A stretch of 64,000 nucleotides of DNA from NCBI GenBank assembly GCA_950097015.1, contig CATNEN010000005.1, positions 5,766,001-5,830,000 of the forward strand, in the 5' to 3' direction. Made by a program: the position numbers and the translations under genes. Source of the stretch: Macrostomum hystrix. Lineage: Eukaryota; Animalia; Platyhelminthes. The notes under the pieces were generated by a model. That model ran no database searches. It saw nothing but the letters and a program-made list of their open reading frames with translations, and was not told where the DNA came from. Shown here one piece after another: positions 1-12,977 of the stretch. How positions within the stretch are numbered: position 1 is the stretch's first letter; the number at the start of each line of letters is the position of its first letter.

Positions 1-1462
1 AGCTGTCAGCCTAGTCCATGGCTTATCCACAGCCCTGTCATATTCTTCAGTGTCGGTGACTTCAACATAATCGTTGAATCTGATAATTCGTTTCTCTCTC
101 AGCTCTTGCACAGTTGGTCGGAAGCTCAGCTTTCTAGTCAGATATTTGATAATCTGCTCCTTCTCTGTTTCTAGGGCCGCTTCCGTCTTGTCGTGCAGAA
201 TATTCCGACACTGCAGCTCCTCCGGCGTTGGTCTCTGACTAAGTCGACGCTCCAACACGCTGCCGATTCTATCTCGCTCCTCCCGTCGCTCCTGCGAGGG
301 CACCCGCCGTATTGACAGGACCTGACGACGCTCGGCCTTTTGAGATTCCAGAAATCTGGCCAGAGAGTCTTTGCGTTTGATCTTGGCCGCTAATCCCGCT
401 CGAGGCGTTGATGAATTCGAGTCGGCTGTAGTAGCATTCGATGGCGACGTTGTCAAAACGGCGTCAGGTCGGCGAACATTTTTGCCGGACTGAAATTATT
501 AGATGATGGATTAGGCTCACATTGGCTCATACAATCTGAGACGAAGTCTGATGCAAGTGTCTGCTGCAGGAGACCAATTTCTACTTTCTGGACTAAGGAG
601 GTAAGTGGTCGAATTCGTTTAACTCTCGCACCAAGGTCCCCGAGCTCGATTCCGCGGCCAGGCCACATTAATTTGGCCATTAAGGGTCAACCTCCAAGGC
701 TCCTTTAGTGTCAAGTGAAAGTATACATGGCCTGACGATGAGAAAGTCAGGGCAGATGTACACACCTGTGTGCGTGTGTGCTCAGGAGTCAGCGAAATGG
801 GCAGAATTGCCTCCTCGCTGGCTGCGGGTCTGGTGTCACCAAATTATGTGCGATTGCCTGCAGCACTCTGCAAGCTGAGATTCGAACCCCTGACCTTTTA
901 GTCAAAAGATAAGATCTTTGCTTTATTTAAAAGCAGAAAGGCCATGGGGTATTTCAAATAGCCACGTTTCTGTATCTCCGAAAAAATGCCAAAGAATGGC
1001 TGAATCTCCCGCTCTATCAGACGAGACATTAAGATTTAGACACCTTTCAACCAATAAAGAAATTCATTCAGCTCCGGCCAATCACCTTGTCCTTATCCCT
1101 GGAGCCGGGTAGTTTAATGATGCCCCTCTCGGGCTGTCTGGTCAAGTCTGGCTCCTTCGCAGGCACCTGTTCGTAGCCATCGAAATTGCTGGCGGGAAAC
1201 TCGTCCTCAGCCTCATCCTCCTCCGCGTTCGCATCGTCCTCGTTGGCATCGTCGTTATTGTCGTCTTCGTCGGCCACGTCATCATAAAAACGATCGCCGC
1301 TTTTCTGATCAACATTCGCCGATTTGTCGTCTTCGACTTCGTCGTCATCTTCATCGTCGCTGTAGTCGTCTGGCAGCGGCGAAACTGACGACTGGGGAAC
1401 AGCCGCAGAAGCTGCAGCTGCCAGCATCTGCTGCTGTCTTTGGATTAACTGCTTCTGCAGCA

Positions 1463-1515
<53 letters not shown>

Positions 1516-4500
1516 TGTAGTCCGCCAACGGAGGAATAGGACAGATCAACAGTTGGTGCGGAACTAATACTTTGATTGTTTCGGCCGACGCCATAGTTAC
1601 CGTTGCTAACCAAACAACTGTTGTTAGCGTTAACACCTGGATGTTTGCGAATTAGATATTACTCGTACTTTTAAATATATTTTTTCATCAAGTTCAACCT
1701 CCAATTTCGACCCTAATGATCTAGACTAACTCTGAAGGATCTACACTAACCCTGAAGGATATATACTAACCCTGAAGGATCTAAACTAACCCTGAAGGAT
1801 CTACACTAACCCAGAATTATCTACACTAACCCTGAAGGATCTACACTAACCCTGAAGGATCTACACTAACCCTGAAGGATCTACACTAACCCTGAAGGAT
1901 CTACACTAACCCTGAAGGATCTATATTATAAAAGAATATAAAAGGAGAGAGTTTAACCAGCGACACTCACCACGCAGTTTAGTCACATCGGCGCATTCGC
2001 TTGCAGACTTTGGCGTTGAACTGAAGTGACGCAGCATAGACTGGTTACCAGTCGCGGATTGACTTGAAATCTGAGCCGGTCCAACTGGAAAAACCGCGAC
2101 ACCACCAGAAACTGGACAGGGGGGCGATTCTGAAAAGGGGAGAAAATCGGACTGGTTAGTTGTGGGAACTCGATCAGAGGAAGACTGAGGGGGCGGATGA
2201 CTCGATCAGAGGAAAACTGGTAGTAGACTGGTAGTAGTGGGCAGTAATATACCCAAAAAAGGTTTCAATAAAAAGATCTGCAAGCAATTTCAAGACAAAA
2301 AGTTGCTTTTTTTAAAGCAACCGACTCGTAAAATCACGCCAAAGCAGATAAGGGCAGGAATTTTAGTGGCTCAGCCATTGTCACAAGCGACTTCAAAAGT
2401 ATTTAATTCATGCAACGTAAATTTTGCATGAGAAAATGCTTCAATGAAATAAAGATATTTTTTACTGAAAACTTTTATTATTAGGTTGCAACGGAGAGAA
2501 AGAATATGATTAAATGATTAATGGTCGGAATCAATTACAGCTAATCAGCCTGGGGTAGAATGGAGATGATTCTAGCCAATCAGACTGGGGCAGAATGGAG
2601 ATGATTCTAGCCAATCAGACTGGGGCAGAATAGAGATGATTCTAGCCAATCAGACTGGAGCAGAATGGAGATGATTCTAGCCAATCAGACTGGAGCAGAA
2701 TGGAGATGATTCTAGCCAATCAGACTGGGGCAGAATGGAGATGATTCTAGCCAATCAAACTCGGGCAGAATGGAGATGATACTAGCCAATCAGACTGGAG
2801 CAAAATGGGGATGATTCTAGCCAATCAGACTGGAGCAGAATGGAGATGATTCTAGCCAATCAGACTGGGGCAGAATGGAGATGATTCTAGCCAATCAGAC
2901 TGGGGCAGAATGGAGATGATACTAGCTAATCAGACTGGAGCAGAATGGAGATGATTCTAGCCAATCAGACTGGGGCAGAATGGAGATGATTCTAGCCAAT
3001 CAAACTCGGGCAGAATGGAGATGATACTAGCTAATCAGACTGGAGCAAAATGGGGATGATTCTAGCCAATCAAACTCGGGCAGAATGGAGATGATTCTAG
3101 CCAATCAAGCTGGAGCGGAATGGAGATGATTCTAGCCAATCAGACTGGAGCAGAATAGAGATGATTCTAGCCAATCAAGCTGGAGCAGAATAGAGATGAT
3201 TCTAGCCAATCAGACTGGGGCAGAATAGAGATGATTCTAGCCAATCAGACTGGGGCAGAATGGAGATGATTCTAGCCAATCAGACTGGGGCAGAATGGAG
3301 ATGATTCTAGCCAATCAAACTCGGGCAGAATGGAGATGATTCTAGCCAATCAAACTCGGGCAGAATGGAGATGATTCTAGCCAATCAAGCTGAAGCAGAA
3401 TGGAGATGATTCTAGCCAATCAGACTGGGGGCAGAATGAAGATCGACCTGAGCTCGATTCCGCGGCGAGGCCACATTCATTTGGGGCGCAGCCGCGGAGA
3501 GAAGGCTTGGTGGTTTGTCGTGCAATTTACGCCCTTGAGGGCCAACCTCCAAGGCACAGTGAGAGTGTACACTGCCTGGCGATGAGAAAGTCAGGGCAGA
3601 TGTACACACCTGTGTGAGCGTGTGCCTATGAACAGTATTTGTGTGCGTGTGTGCTCGGGAGTCAGCGAAATGGGCAGAATTGCCTCCTCGCTGGCTGCGG
3701 GTCTAGTGTCACCAAATGATGTGCCATTGCCCGCAGCCCTCCTGCAATTAATAATTTTTATGCATATGCATAATTTTTGTCATGCTTTAAGCGGCCTTTC
3801 TAGCATGCATATTGTTTAATTGACGATCAGGATTGATTTTAGATTCATTTATTAATAATGCTTAATGCACCAAAGCTTCTGAATGCTGGCGCGAATTGAA
3901 ATTCTCGAAGCTGCTGCGGTTGACGCCGTCTTGTCCACTGATTTTGCGCAACAGCAGCACAAGCAACAGCAGCAGCAGCAGCAACAGGATCTGGAGACTG
4001 AGGCGATAAGACTAACATCGGTCGAGGCCGGGTAATTGATGGATGATTTGGAATACGTCGCAATGCTACCGGACCATCAATACGAAGCATACTTGGCTTC
4101 GATGAAGTAGCTGATGCTGCTGCTGCTGCTGGCAGCAGCCGCTGTCTAGATTTGATTGTCTGCTGAGCTGAGTTTTTGTATCATTGTCATTAAAAGCAAA
4201 AAAACAATTATTTAAAGTACATAGTTTTATAATTGAAGTGTTAAGTGTATCGTACAACTGTTATAGACCGTATAGACATTTACTGGCGAATGAAGAAATT
4301 GACTAGAATTAACAAAAAACTGCATAATTAATTACTGTCCTTCTCTAACCTATTAAACCCAACAAACAATTCTTAAACAGAGTTGAGTAAGCCAAAAAAA
4401 CGCAGTAGAAAAAATTGCGGATTAAACTAGTTTTTCAACATTTGTTAAGACATTTTATTAAGTTGTTATTCTATACTTTCAGATAATAATGCATATTGTA

Positions 4501-7470
4501 TATTCTGTATCGTCTAAAATATTCAACCCGCCATATTCGCCATGAAAATTCTGAAAACTTGCTAAACTTTTCTGCTTTATCCGATGAATAAAACTTCCGA
4601 AATCATAAAACATCGGCGTCGTCGAGATACGAGTATTCAACGCTTCTCGTCGAGGTGACTGGTGGCAAAAGCCATTGGGAGCCATCATGAAATAGGCAGT
4701 GGGCCCGCCGTGGTCATATGCATATTAAAGTAGTAGACTCACTTGCAGCTGCTGCTGTTGTTGCACACGGTACTGGAGAATACGTTGCAGGAGAATGATT
4801 TCCAACAGAGTTCAGCTCGACAGGATCTGTTGAAGTGCAAGTGAGATGCTTTCTGTTATGTTTGCCTTTGCGAACTGACTGTGAAAAACAACAGCCCATA
4901 ATTGTGGATAGTTTTAAGATTTCTCGATACAGCAACTACAGACACAGAACTATCGGGTCTTCTGTGAGAAACGCAATTGCTTAGAAAAAACTTCCAATTT
5001 ATTTATAACACTTAGTTGAGAGTGCAGAAAAAAAAGTAGACACATGTCTTTTGACTAATGTCAGTTGGTTGGTGCAGAAATCTGGTTGTATATTGGTGTT
5101 CAGACCAACAGAGTTACACAGCAGCCATAATGAATCATTTCTCTCTCTCTCTCTCTCTCTCTCTCTGAGACGCAAATGTACAGACTAATTTATAAAGACT
5201 ACATTTTTATACTACTTATCAGTTTGCATTAAAAAATTTTATTCAGTAGTCACAATCGGACACAATAACATATTAAATAACCTAAATGTCATTTTTTATT
5301 ATCAATAATTCATAATTTATAACACTGCCCCGACAGTACAGGACGCAAAACCAAACGTCAATTACTCCAGCCAATACTTGAACTTTAGATTTACGTCTCT
5401 TGCTAAAGGACGCAGTTTTTTTTCCACCGGAATCAAGAATCGAACCCCCGACCCTCAGGTCAAAAGTCCGACGCTTTAACCAACAGTCAAATTAAAACAA
5501 ATTTTACGCTTGAGGAAGAGTAGCCTTAATGCGCCAGCTCTTACTGTTGCTTTCTATCAGTTTACATAAAAGAATATTTTACTGATTATTCTTACCTCCA
5601 AAATTGCTAGCTTCATCTTGCTGCCTCAATGCTGGCTCCTGCTGCTCCAGCTGTGGCTGCTGAGCAGTCTTCTTCTTTTTCTTCCACTTCCAAGGCTTAA
5701 GCAATTTGCCTAGCCCAGACAGCTTGTGGCCAGTTTTCACATTTGCCGATGCCACAGCTGAAGACTTTGCTGCATTGCCAGTGGCAACTGAAAGACCAAC
5801 ATCACAGACACCATTGGTGGTGTCAATGTCTGGGGCTGCCGTATTTGCTGCCAGTGTAAGAACAGAAAAACTGGCACGCACTATTGGCTCATCAGCTGAT
5901 GGGTGAAAGGGTTAAAATTTATTTTATATTAAATTTTATTTTTTCAAAGTATGTCTGAGTAATTCAATGCTAACATATTTTGTCTGTGATCCACTATAAA
6001 AATGAAACAGTTGATAACAAAAACTGTTTTAAGCAATCAGTTTGCAAATTTTAGAGATCGTCATCAGAAGTTTAAAGATAAACAAAATATTTGCCTTTAT
6101 TTATATTTATATTTAAAGGGTATTTATACTTTAAATTTTAATCCTACATTCAACAGTTTAAATTTACATATCACTTTAGAAGAAGATGTAATTTGCTTTT
6201 TTAAGAAAATGTTTGTGCAAACAAAGGACTATATAGCTGCAAAGCCACATAAAGAACTACTTAAGTAATCTAGAGGATTATAATCATTTTGATCAGTCCA
6301 AAACTATGTATTTTGAGCCATTCTTTTCTGGATTAGCTATTTTCCTCTAAAGGTTGAACTAAATTGACATTGACCTAAAGAGGAGGGCGTGAGTAGGTCA
6401 GCAGCTGTCGCTGCCCCACTTTATAATGGTCACTGGTTTGTTCCTACTTCCAAGACATGATTATTTTGGGGCATAGTAGGAGGTTTGCAAAGTAGTGACT
6501 TGTGGAGATGCACCTTATTCTGTGCAACCAAAACCAATTTAAAATTAACCCTTGCCTTCTACATGCCAGCCTTTTTGTTTTTGTGCTTTTGAATTGGGCC
6601 AGGTATGAGGCATTGTATGAAGGGTAGGGCAGGTGTGCACCAGCCATGTGTGCTCTGAGTGGCGAGGTTTCACCAGCCATCTGCTCACATGGATTGGTCA
6701 TCTCATCCCTACCTTTCAGGCATTTAAGTCTAATTAAGGCATTGGTTTGATCTGCTCTGTGCATGTGTGGGCCTGGGGTGAGAAGCACTCCAGCTGCTGC
6801 CCCCTGAGTCCAGGGGTCTAGATGGTGCTATGGACAACTCCTGCCTAGTTTGCCAGCCTGGGGGAATGCCATTCCTATGTTCATGGATCAAGTGCCCCTG
6901 GCCCCTTGCAAATAAGTAAGTAAGACCTAAAAAGAGGCAGAATGACTCCACTCCAGATCCAGACTGATAGCTTGAAGCAACTAAAAACTAGGCCCCCCTA
7001 CATTTTTAATTTACACTAGTTTAAATTCTTTCCGTTTTTTAGCCTAGGCCTATGCTCAAATTTTCAAAAAAGGATGCCATGAAACAAACAACATTACCTA
7101 ATGAATACATAAAGAAAAATATTTACAAGGAAAACAATTTCTTAGGCCTATCATATGCAAATGTACATTAAATACCTATCTAAAACTTTACAAAATAACT
7201 TTACAATGTCCCGTTTAATACAACAATGTAGAACTAACCTGCTTCAACTTGAGTTGTACATTCACAGATTGTGCACTTTGCTACATTATCCCCAGCTAAA
7301 TGCTCACATTTAATTTTCTTATCATTGCCATTAGGAATTGATTTTTTGCCTGAAAAAGGCACATCTTTACTTGGGTTGGAGGCCTCAATACTGTTTTTCG
7401 TTGAGCTTTTATCAGAAGCATTTAAAATAGCATTTATTCCTGCAGCTGGAACACTTGTACTTCTTTGCAT
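1..7470 (-). CDS. PHACTR: Phosphatase and actin regulator (PHACTR/scapinin family, RPEL repeats); 3' end lies outside the window. Exons (minus): 7470-7239, 5895-5596, 4167-3871, 1636-1086, 489-<1
   Basis: Exon 5895-5596 encodes KLSGLGKLLKPWKWKKKKK, the PHACTR N-terminal motif. Exon 489-1, which is not in the ORF track, translates to GLAAKIKRKDSL...RRLSQRPTPEELQCRNIL...RKLSFRPTVQELREKRIIRFNDYVEVTDTEEYDRAVDKPWTRLTA, i.e. RPEL repeats plus the PP1-binding C-terminus. All junctions are GT-AG and phase-compatible (1,1,1,0). The boundaries of exon 4167-3871 are the least certain. Confidence 0.92.
598..875 (+). mobile_element. tRNA-derived SINE family A, copy 1
   Basis: Shares ctcgcaccaaggtccc-gagctcgattcc (B-box-like), cctgacgatgagaaagtcagggcagatgtacacacctgtgtg and gcagaattgcctcctcgctggctgcgggtc with at least 7 other copies in the window. 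Confidence 0.85.
1453..1513 (-). repeat. (CAG)n tract encoding polyQ within a PHACTR exon, followed by a D/E-rich segment
   Basis: A (gct/ctg) run on the + strand; the translation reads QKQQQQQQQQQQQQQQQQMLQKQLIQRQQQ. Confidence 0.95.
1728..1925 (+). repeat. Minisatellite, 20-bp unit ctacactaaccctgaaggat (PHACTR intron)
   Basis: Direct tandem copies are visible. Confidence 0.95.
2550..3440 (+). repeat. Minisatellite, 35-bp unit ctagccaatcagactggggcagaatggagatgatt (~25 copies, PHACTR intron)
   Basis: Direct tandem copies are visible. Confidence 0.95.
3447..3755 (+). mobile_element. SINE family A, copy 2 (5'-truncated, A/T tail)
   Basis: Same body as the other copies; ends ...cagccctcctgcaattaataatt. 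Confidence 0.88.
4743..4899 (-). CDS. Putative alternative first coding exon of PHACTR (MGCCFSQSVRKGKHNRKH...)
   Basis: ATG at 4899 and a GTGAGT donor after 4743 in phase 1, matching the 4167 acceptor. The candidate acceptors just upstream (e.g. 4935) are out of frame with exon 5596, so it cannot be a simple cassette exon. Confidence 0.6.
5139..5167 (+). repeat. (CT)n microsatellite
   Basis: A ctctctct... run. Confidence 0.9.
5330..5490 (-). mobile_element. Degraded tRNA-derived SINE (family B-like head)
   Basis: The reverse strand reads ggttaaagcgtcggacttttgacctgagggtcgggggttcgattc (A/B-box-like). The + strand carries tcttgctaaagga, also seen in the 34922 copy. Confidence 0.6.
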
Positions 7471-7852
7471 GTCAATCGCATAATAAACAATCCACAATTA
7501 GATTTCTAGGTAATTTTTATAAAAGACAATATTTAAATGACCCAGAAACAAACAAGAATAGAGGCAGTATTAACCAACTTTTATAGCGACTTAAAAAACA
7601 AGTGAACGCAGACGATCAAACGTATAAAAGAGTTTCTTTGAAAATGTGAGCAATCCTTCCGATTTATGATATTTAAAAATTGTAATAAGCTAAACAAACA
7701 GAAACAAAAACTTGCGCTTTAATAGCGCACAGACCATTTTTACTTACGCTTAAACGTTTTTTGTTACAAAATTTGTTAATAGAGTAGGATAAAGCAATCG
7801 ACGATAAATAAAATATTTGTTTTTCAAACCTATCGTGATTGTATTGTCAGGA

Positions 7853-9319
7853 GGGTCATTCTCAAAATTATGTACCGAGAAGGCATTAACAAAAAAATTG
7901 TTTTTTTTTCACTATCTTTATCGTTTTAAAGTGTGCTGCGAGGATTCAATCTTTTTGAAAGTTTTCTAAACATTTGAAAAAATGAAAAAATAGCGTTTTT
8001 ACTGCATTCTTACGTTGTTTAAAATCACAAATAATTTTTTTGCGAAGTTTTAAATTTTCCGCGCATGCGCATTTGCAATAAAGTTCGCGACTGCAAGCTT
8101 AATTATGATAAAATATTAAGTACTACTCCAGTCTAATGAATTTAAAAGTAATCTAAGCTAAAATGACTGTTAAATTTATGCCACTAAGTGCTGTGACTCA
8201 GCTTTTTTCGAAGTATTTCATTTGAAAACTAAAAGGTAAATAAATTCTGTGAGGTATTGAAGCTCCATTTTTGAAAGCGATTAAAATAAAAAAACAGAAG
8301 CAATTCGCATTCTCTTATATATATTTATATCACGATACTGTATCTGAATTAATTCTTAATTATTGGCAATATACTAATTGTATTTAAAAACAGTAAACAT
8401 AAAAAATATAAGATTCGACTCGAATGCTTATGCACAACAACACTGTCAAGAAAAATGATTTCTCGCATATACTGCTACCTTAATACATGGAAATATTACA
8501 GATATGATGCCACCTTCCTAAGGAATAAATCTACGTGTTGTGAATATTTCTAAATATTATAGAAAATGAAAGATACACCATAATTTGCTTATTGTAACAT
8601 TTTTTGTGTCTGGAAAAGGAGGTTTCATGACAAAAGAAATGCCAAAATAGTGTAAAAATGTGAATTTTTATTGACAAGACACGCACCTCTGAATTTCATA
8701 TCATCATTGCTTCATTTGATTACAAGAATTTCCTTGACGGCCAATTAAAAAAAAAATGTATACATTCCAATTGTTCTAAGCTTCTGGACCTTGGGAAATT
8801 TTCTGCTTTAAATTTCTATTACTTTCATTTATAGATATTATAGTGCTAATTTTAGGAGAATAAATATAATATGCAGACGGTATGCAGAATCCATGAATGT
8901 TATAGACAAATACTCGTACCTTTCGGCGTGCCTATTCTAGACAATGTCTTATATGCGCTTTTCTCAGAAAAAATGTACATTAAATTTGTTCATTTTATTA
9001 GATATAACAAAAAACAATAATAAAAGATTTTTCTAAAATAAGACAACTATGTTTAATATACGAAAACTTAAAAAAAAATATGCACTTTTTGTATGACCTT
9101 ATCTAATAGCAAAATGTACGTCAGAAAGCAAAATAATTTACGGTGTTTTTGAAGGCAATAAACAAATGTAAATGCTGGTCCATATTAATGTTATTTTGTG
9201 GTTCTGGTTTCTATTTTGCACTCTACTAGAGACACAGATTAGAATAAAGAAAGTTTTTTGCAATTGTCAAATTTTTTTTTACAACACACTATTTCAGAGC
9301 ATTAATTTGAGAATGACCC
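7853..9319. mobile_element. Non-autonomous TIR DNA transposon, 14-bp perfect TIR GGGTCATTCTCAAA, 4-bp TSD AGGA (Sola2-like termini)
   Basis: Left: agga|GGGTCATTCTCAAA at 7853. Right: TTTGAGAATGACCC|agga ending at 9319. The interior is AT-rich with no ORF. GRG...CYC termini with a 4-bp TSD fit the Sola2 group; the superfamily call is an inference. Confidence 0.7.
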
Positions 9320-11739
9320 AGGAACAGACTTCATGAACAAGGGGTAATTAACTAACAGCAGCTACTTGAAGTTAGGTTTCATGGCTAACTTTAGCAGCAG
9401 CTAAATTTTCGCAGTCCGTTAAGCTGCGGCTTTACGAATAGACTGGTAAAGCTAAGGCCGCTTGTATTGATTTAGAACGTCTGTCGAGCTATGGCTCAAA
9501 GTAAGGTTTTCTCGGGGCTGGTAACCGTTGGATTCATGAGCATACCAGCGCTGCTAAAATATCCACCTTTTTACGGTTAAAAATTAGCCTCCTACTTAGG
9601 TGGAAAATAAATGGATCTGCCTATTTACGACACCCTTTATTTGCTCGACGAAGAAACTGGGCCGCGTCCACACGAATTTCAGTGCGCGTGAACTTCATCA
9701 ACGACTGGAGTTTTGGACAGCGCTTTGGAATGTTGCCATTTACCTATTTGCCCTCATTGCGGTTCGGATTTACTCCCACGCGTGTCGCTTTTTAGATTTG
9801 GCCTCTGCTATCCGCAAAACCACCAAACAAAACCGTCTTTCGGTCTCTCGTTAGAGACAGTCAGAGATAGAAAAAGTTTTGTAAGGAAATTTATACATTT
9901 TTAAAGAACATACTAGCAGAGTAATAAAACGTACCAGTACAAGGAATTTCATAATATATGTACTTCAATCTATTGATTCTATGTTATAAAATTTTCTATT
10001 TAAAACGGCCGGCAGCGTCTCTCCTGGGTACCAAAATTTAGTTTTGTAACTTTAGGATGGCAAAATAGCTTATATTGAGAAAAAAGTTTCCAAGCCTTGA
10101 CATTTCCCTAAATAAAGCTAATTGAGGAGAGATTTCTGAAATACATGAGTTATCTTAACTCTGTCGTACTGGCATTACTTTAAAATTATCTTCGTTTATA
10201 GATAAATAAAATTGAGTAATAACATCGACATCGTTAAAAAGTTAAGTTCTAGCAATAGCTTAACACCAGTTAGAACAACAAAAATAAAAATGAAAAAAAG
10301 ATATATATTATACATTTAGCAACGGGATTTGAAAAGACATTTATCTGCGCTGTATTCTTTTTTTACCCCTAAAGACTAAATAAAAAGAAATTATCGAAAG
10401 AGCACTTCATGATATCTATTCATTAGTTAGCGTAGCTCTTAGCTCGAGAAAATGCTCAACATTTCAAATATTTTTCAAAAATTCTCAATGAAATCTACAC
10501 CCGTTAATGCATTAAAATTGTGAAAGTCTGAGTGTTTAATTACGCAACTTAAAACTAACAGTGAATAGAAATAAAAACGAGTGCGTAAAATTGGACTTTA
10601 AATTATTTTAAGGACAGGATGGAAAATAGAAATGAGAAACAGGTAAGGAGGAATAAGGTAGGACATAAAAAGGGGAGAAAGAGGAAGATGGATGAATGAT
10701 AGGGGTAGTACTCAGACGAAGCTAGAAAAATAGGAAGAGGGAGAAGCACGGGAGTTGGAAGGGAGAAGATCGGAGGATCTTGAAGGAAGAAGAACGAGAA
10801 GGAGATCGGAGTATGAAAGAGAACTTTTATAGAGGAAACAAAAAACGTGTATCTTTAAACTCATACGCATCGAAGCGTCTTGCGAATTGGTGACGTTCAT
10901 ACCACTGATAACAATGAAAAGCGATTTTTGTGAAAGTAGACTTGTGAATACGAGCGTATATTTTATCTTTTGAAAAAATACAATATTAATAGTAGTTAAT
11001 AATACACGCATATTTAATAATTACTAACACTTAACACTTAACACTTCAATAAAAAATAGGTACACAACTTTACAAGCATAAACAAAACTATTCGAAAACT
11101 ATTCGAAAAAAACATTGATAATATTAAACATCAAGTTAGGTTGGAGTAAAAATTACGATTGATTGAAAAAAGGTTGTGCATGAAGTATTAAAACAAAGCT
11201 TTACAAAAAATGGCTAACGAAGGATTGGAAAAATTCAGCGCAGATCAAAATCTATTCTGTTTCCTAAATATTATCTAGCATGTGTACTTGGTATGTTTCC
11301 ATGATTTCTAAGATATCTGCAGTTAAAAAGAACGGAATAATTTTCGTGTTCTTGTTTGTTATTATCAACACTAGAATTTTTTGAATATTTGAAGAACAGA
11401 ATCCGTCGATTTGGCTGAAGAATGCAGAACGCCCTCATTGCATGAACGTAAAAATACAAACAACGCATGGTACCCCATCTTATTACCACAAAAATCAGGT
11501 GAAAGTAAAAAAACACAGATGTAAACTATAACATATGTACATTGCAATGCATAGCACTCTGATAAGTCGATTCGCGCGTTACATTGTCCTGCGGCAGAGA
11601 CTGAACGGCAATTTTTAACATGTCACAGAAAATGAGCAAATTGATCGAATTAATTAATATAATAAAAAGTGCGCGCTTTTAATTTCTAAGCATTGGACAA
11701 GCGTACAAAATCACTGGTGCTATTTCTTACATCAGTATA

Positions 11740-11850
11740 CAGCAGCACAGCCGCAGTTATTGCAAGACTGCGTACAATAACTCAGTCCATGGACAGGAAA
11801 CAAGAGTTGTCTACCATTGTCTGAAGTTCGAACTTCAGACCTTGCTATGT
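11740..11850 (-). mobile_element. SINE family B relic
   Basis: gcagcacagccgcag...ctgcgtaca...cagtccatggac and a reverse B-box-like gttcgaac. Confidence 0.55.
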
Positions 11851-12977
11851 GAAAAGGCAGACCTACATGACAAGAAAACGAGTATTATAGAATTGATTGA
11901 TGTCAACAGAGATTGTAAAAAAGCTACTATGGTGCAAAAAATGAGCAGTAAAGCTTCCCTCCCAGCTTCATTTATTTGCTAGCAAACTAAGCAAAAAAAA
12001 TTTTGTGAGCAATATTTTTGTTTGACAGGTTGCAGAAAGCTTTGTTATTGTGGACAGCGAAATTAGACCAGTTTCATGGAAAACAACTAAAGTGTTGTGT
12101 TAGATTAACAAGTACAGTGCTTATTTCTATAAGCAGAAATATTTCTATATTTTATTCACTTTCGCATTTTTTTCTAGAAAACATAAATCAAACGTTAACA
12201 GAAAGTGGCATGCTACAGAATATTTATAGAACTTCACAAAGAGGTAAAAAAAGTTTTGTGCTAATAAAACAGTAGAATAGACACTTTAATTAAAACAAAA
12301 TTAGATTGATTATTTATTTTTTTTACTTTTGATTTTTCGAACTAACGTTGTTTAACATATTGCAGGCAATATATTATTTTAATAACGGTATTAATATAAA
12401 TATCGTTACAGAGAAAGACAAGATGAGTTTTTGTGAGATCATTTCAAAATTGCAACAGTTAAAAATAGAGAACGAAAAATGCAAATTTGAGAGAAATTTT
12501 AAAATACGCAAATATTATTCTACAATTTGCAAGATTGTCAAAAAAGCTTAATTTGTGGAATCGAACAGTTAATCCACTCATCTAATCTCTCCCGTTTGCT
12601 TCTTGAGCCATTGAAGATGTTTGAGGCGAAAATAATTGATTTTGCTAAATACAGGTGCCTAAAATCGGTAGCCAAAAAATGACAGTTTCACATTTCAATC
12701 GGACCAAGAGAGATTTACTAGATGAGGGAGGAATTAGCTGTCTTCGACATGCGGGTGGAGTAGATGATGGAGTCACGACGGATGCCTCATCAGAGCCTGG
12801 GTAGCCGAGAGCCAAGGGCCCGCCCCATCAAAGTGTCTCAGGTGACGCAGGAGTAAAAAAAGAAGATTTACGGAAGCGAGCGGCCGTCGCTTTTTTAGGG
12901 TGCCATTGCCCGGAAGCTAGAACTCAATTTTCACAATTGCAAAAACATCACAATAAAATCGTAACGACTAACCATGG

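Noticed and set aside
725-800. Hammerhead ribozyme core (CTGACGA...GAAA) in SINE A
   Set aside because: CTGACGA lies within a hairpin stem/loop, and no stem II closed by a G-C pair links it to a GAAA with a matching stem III and NUH site.
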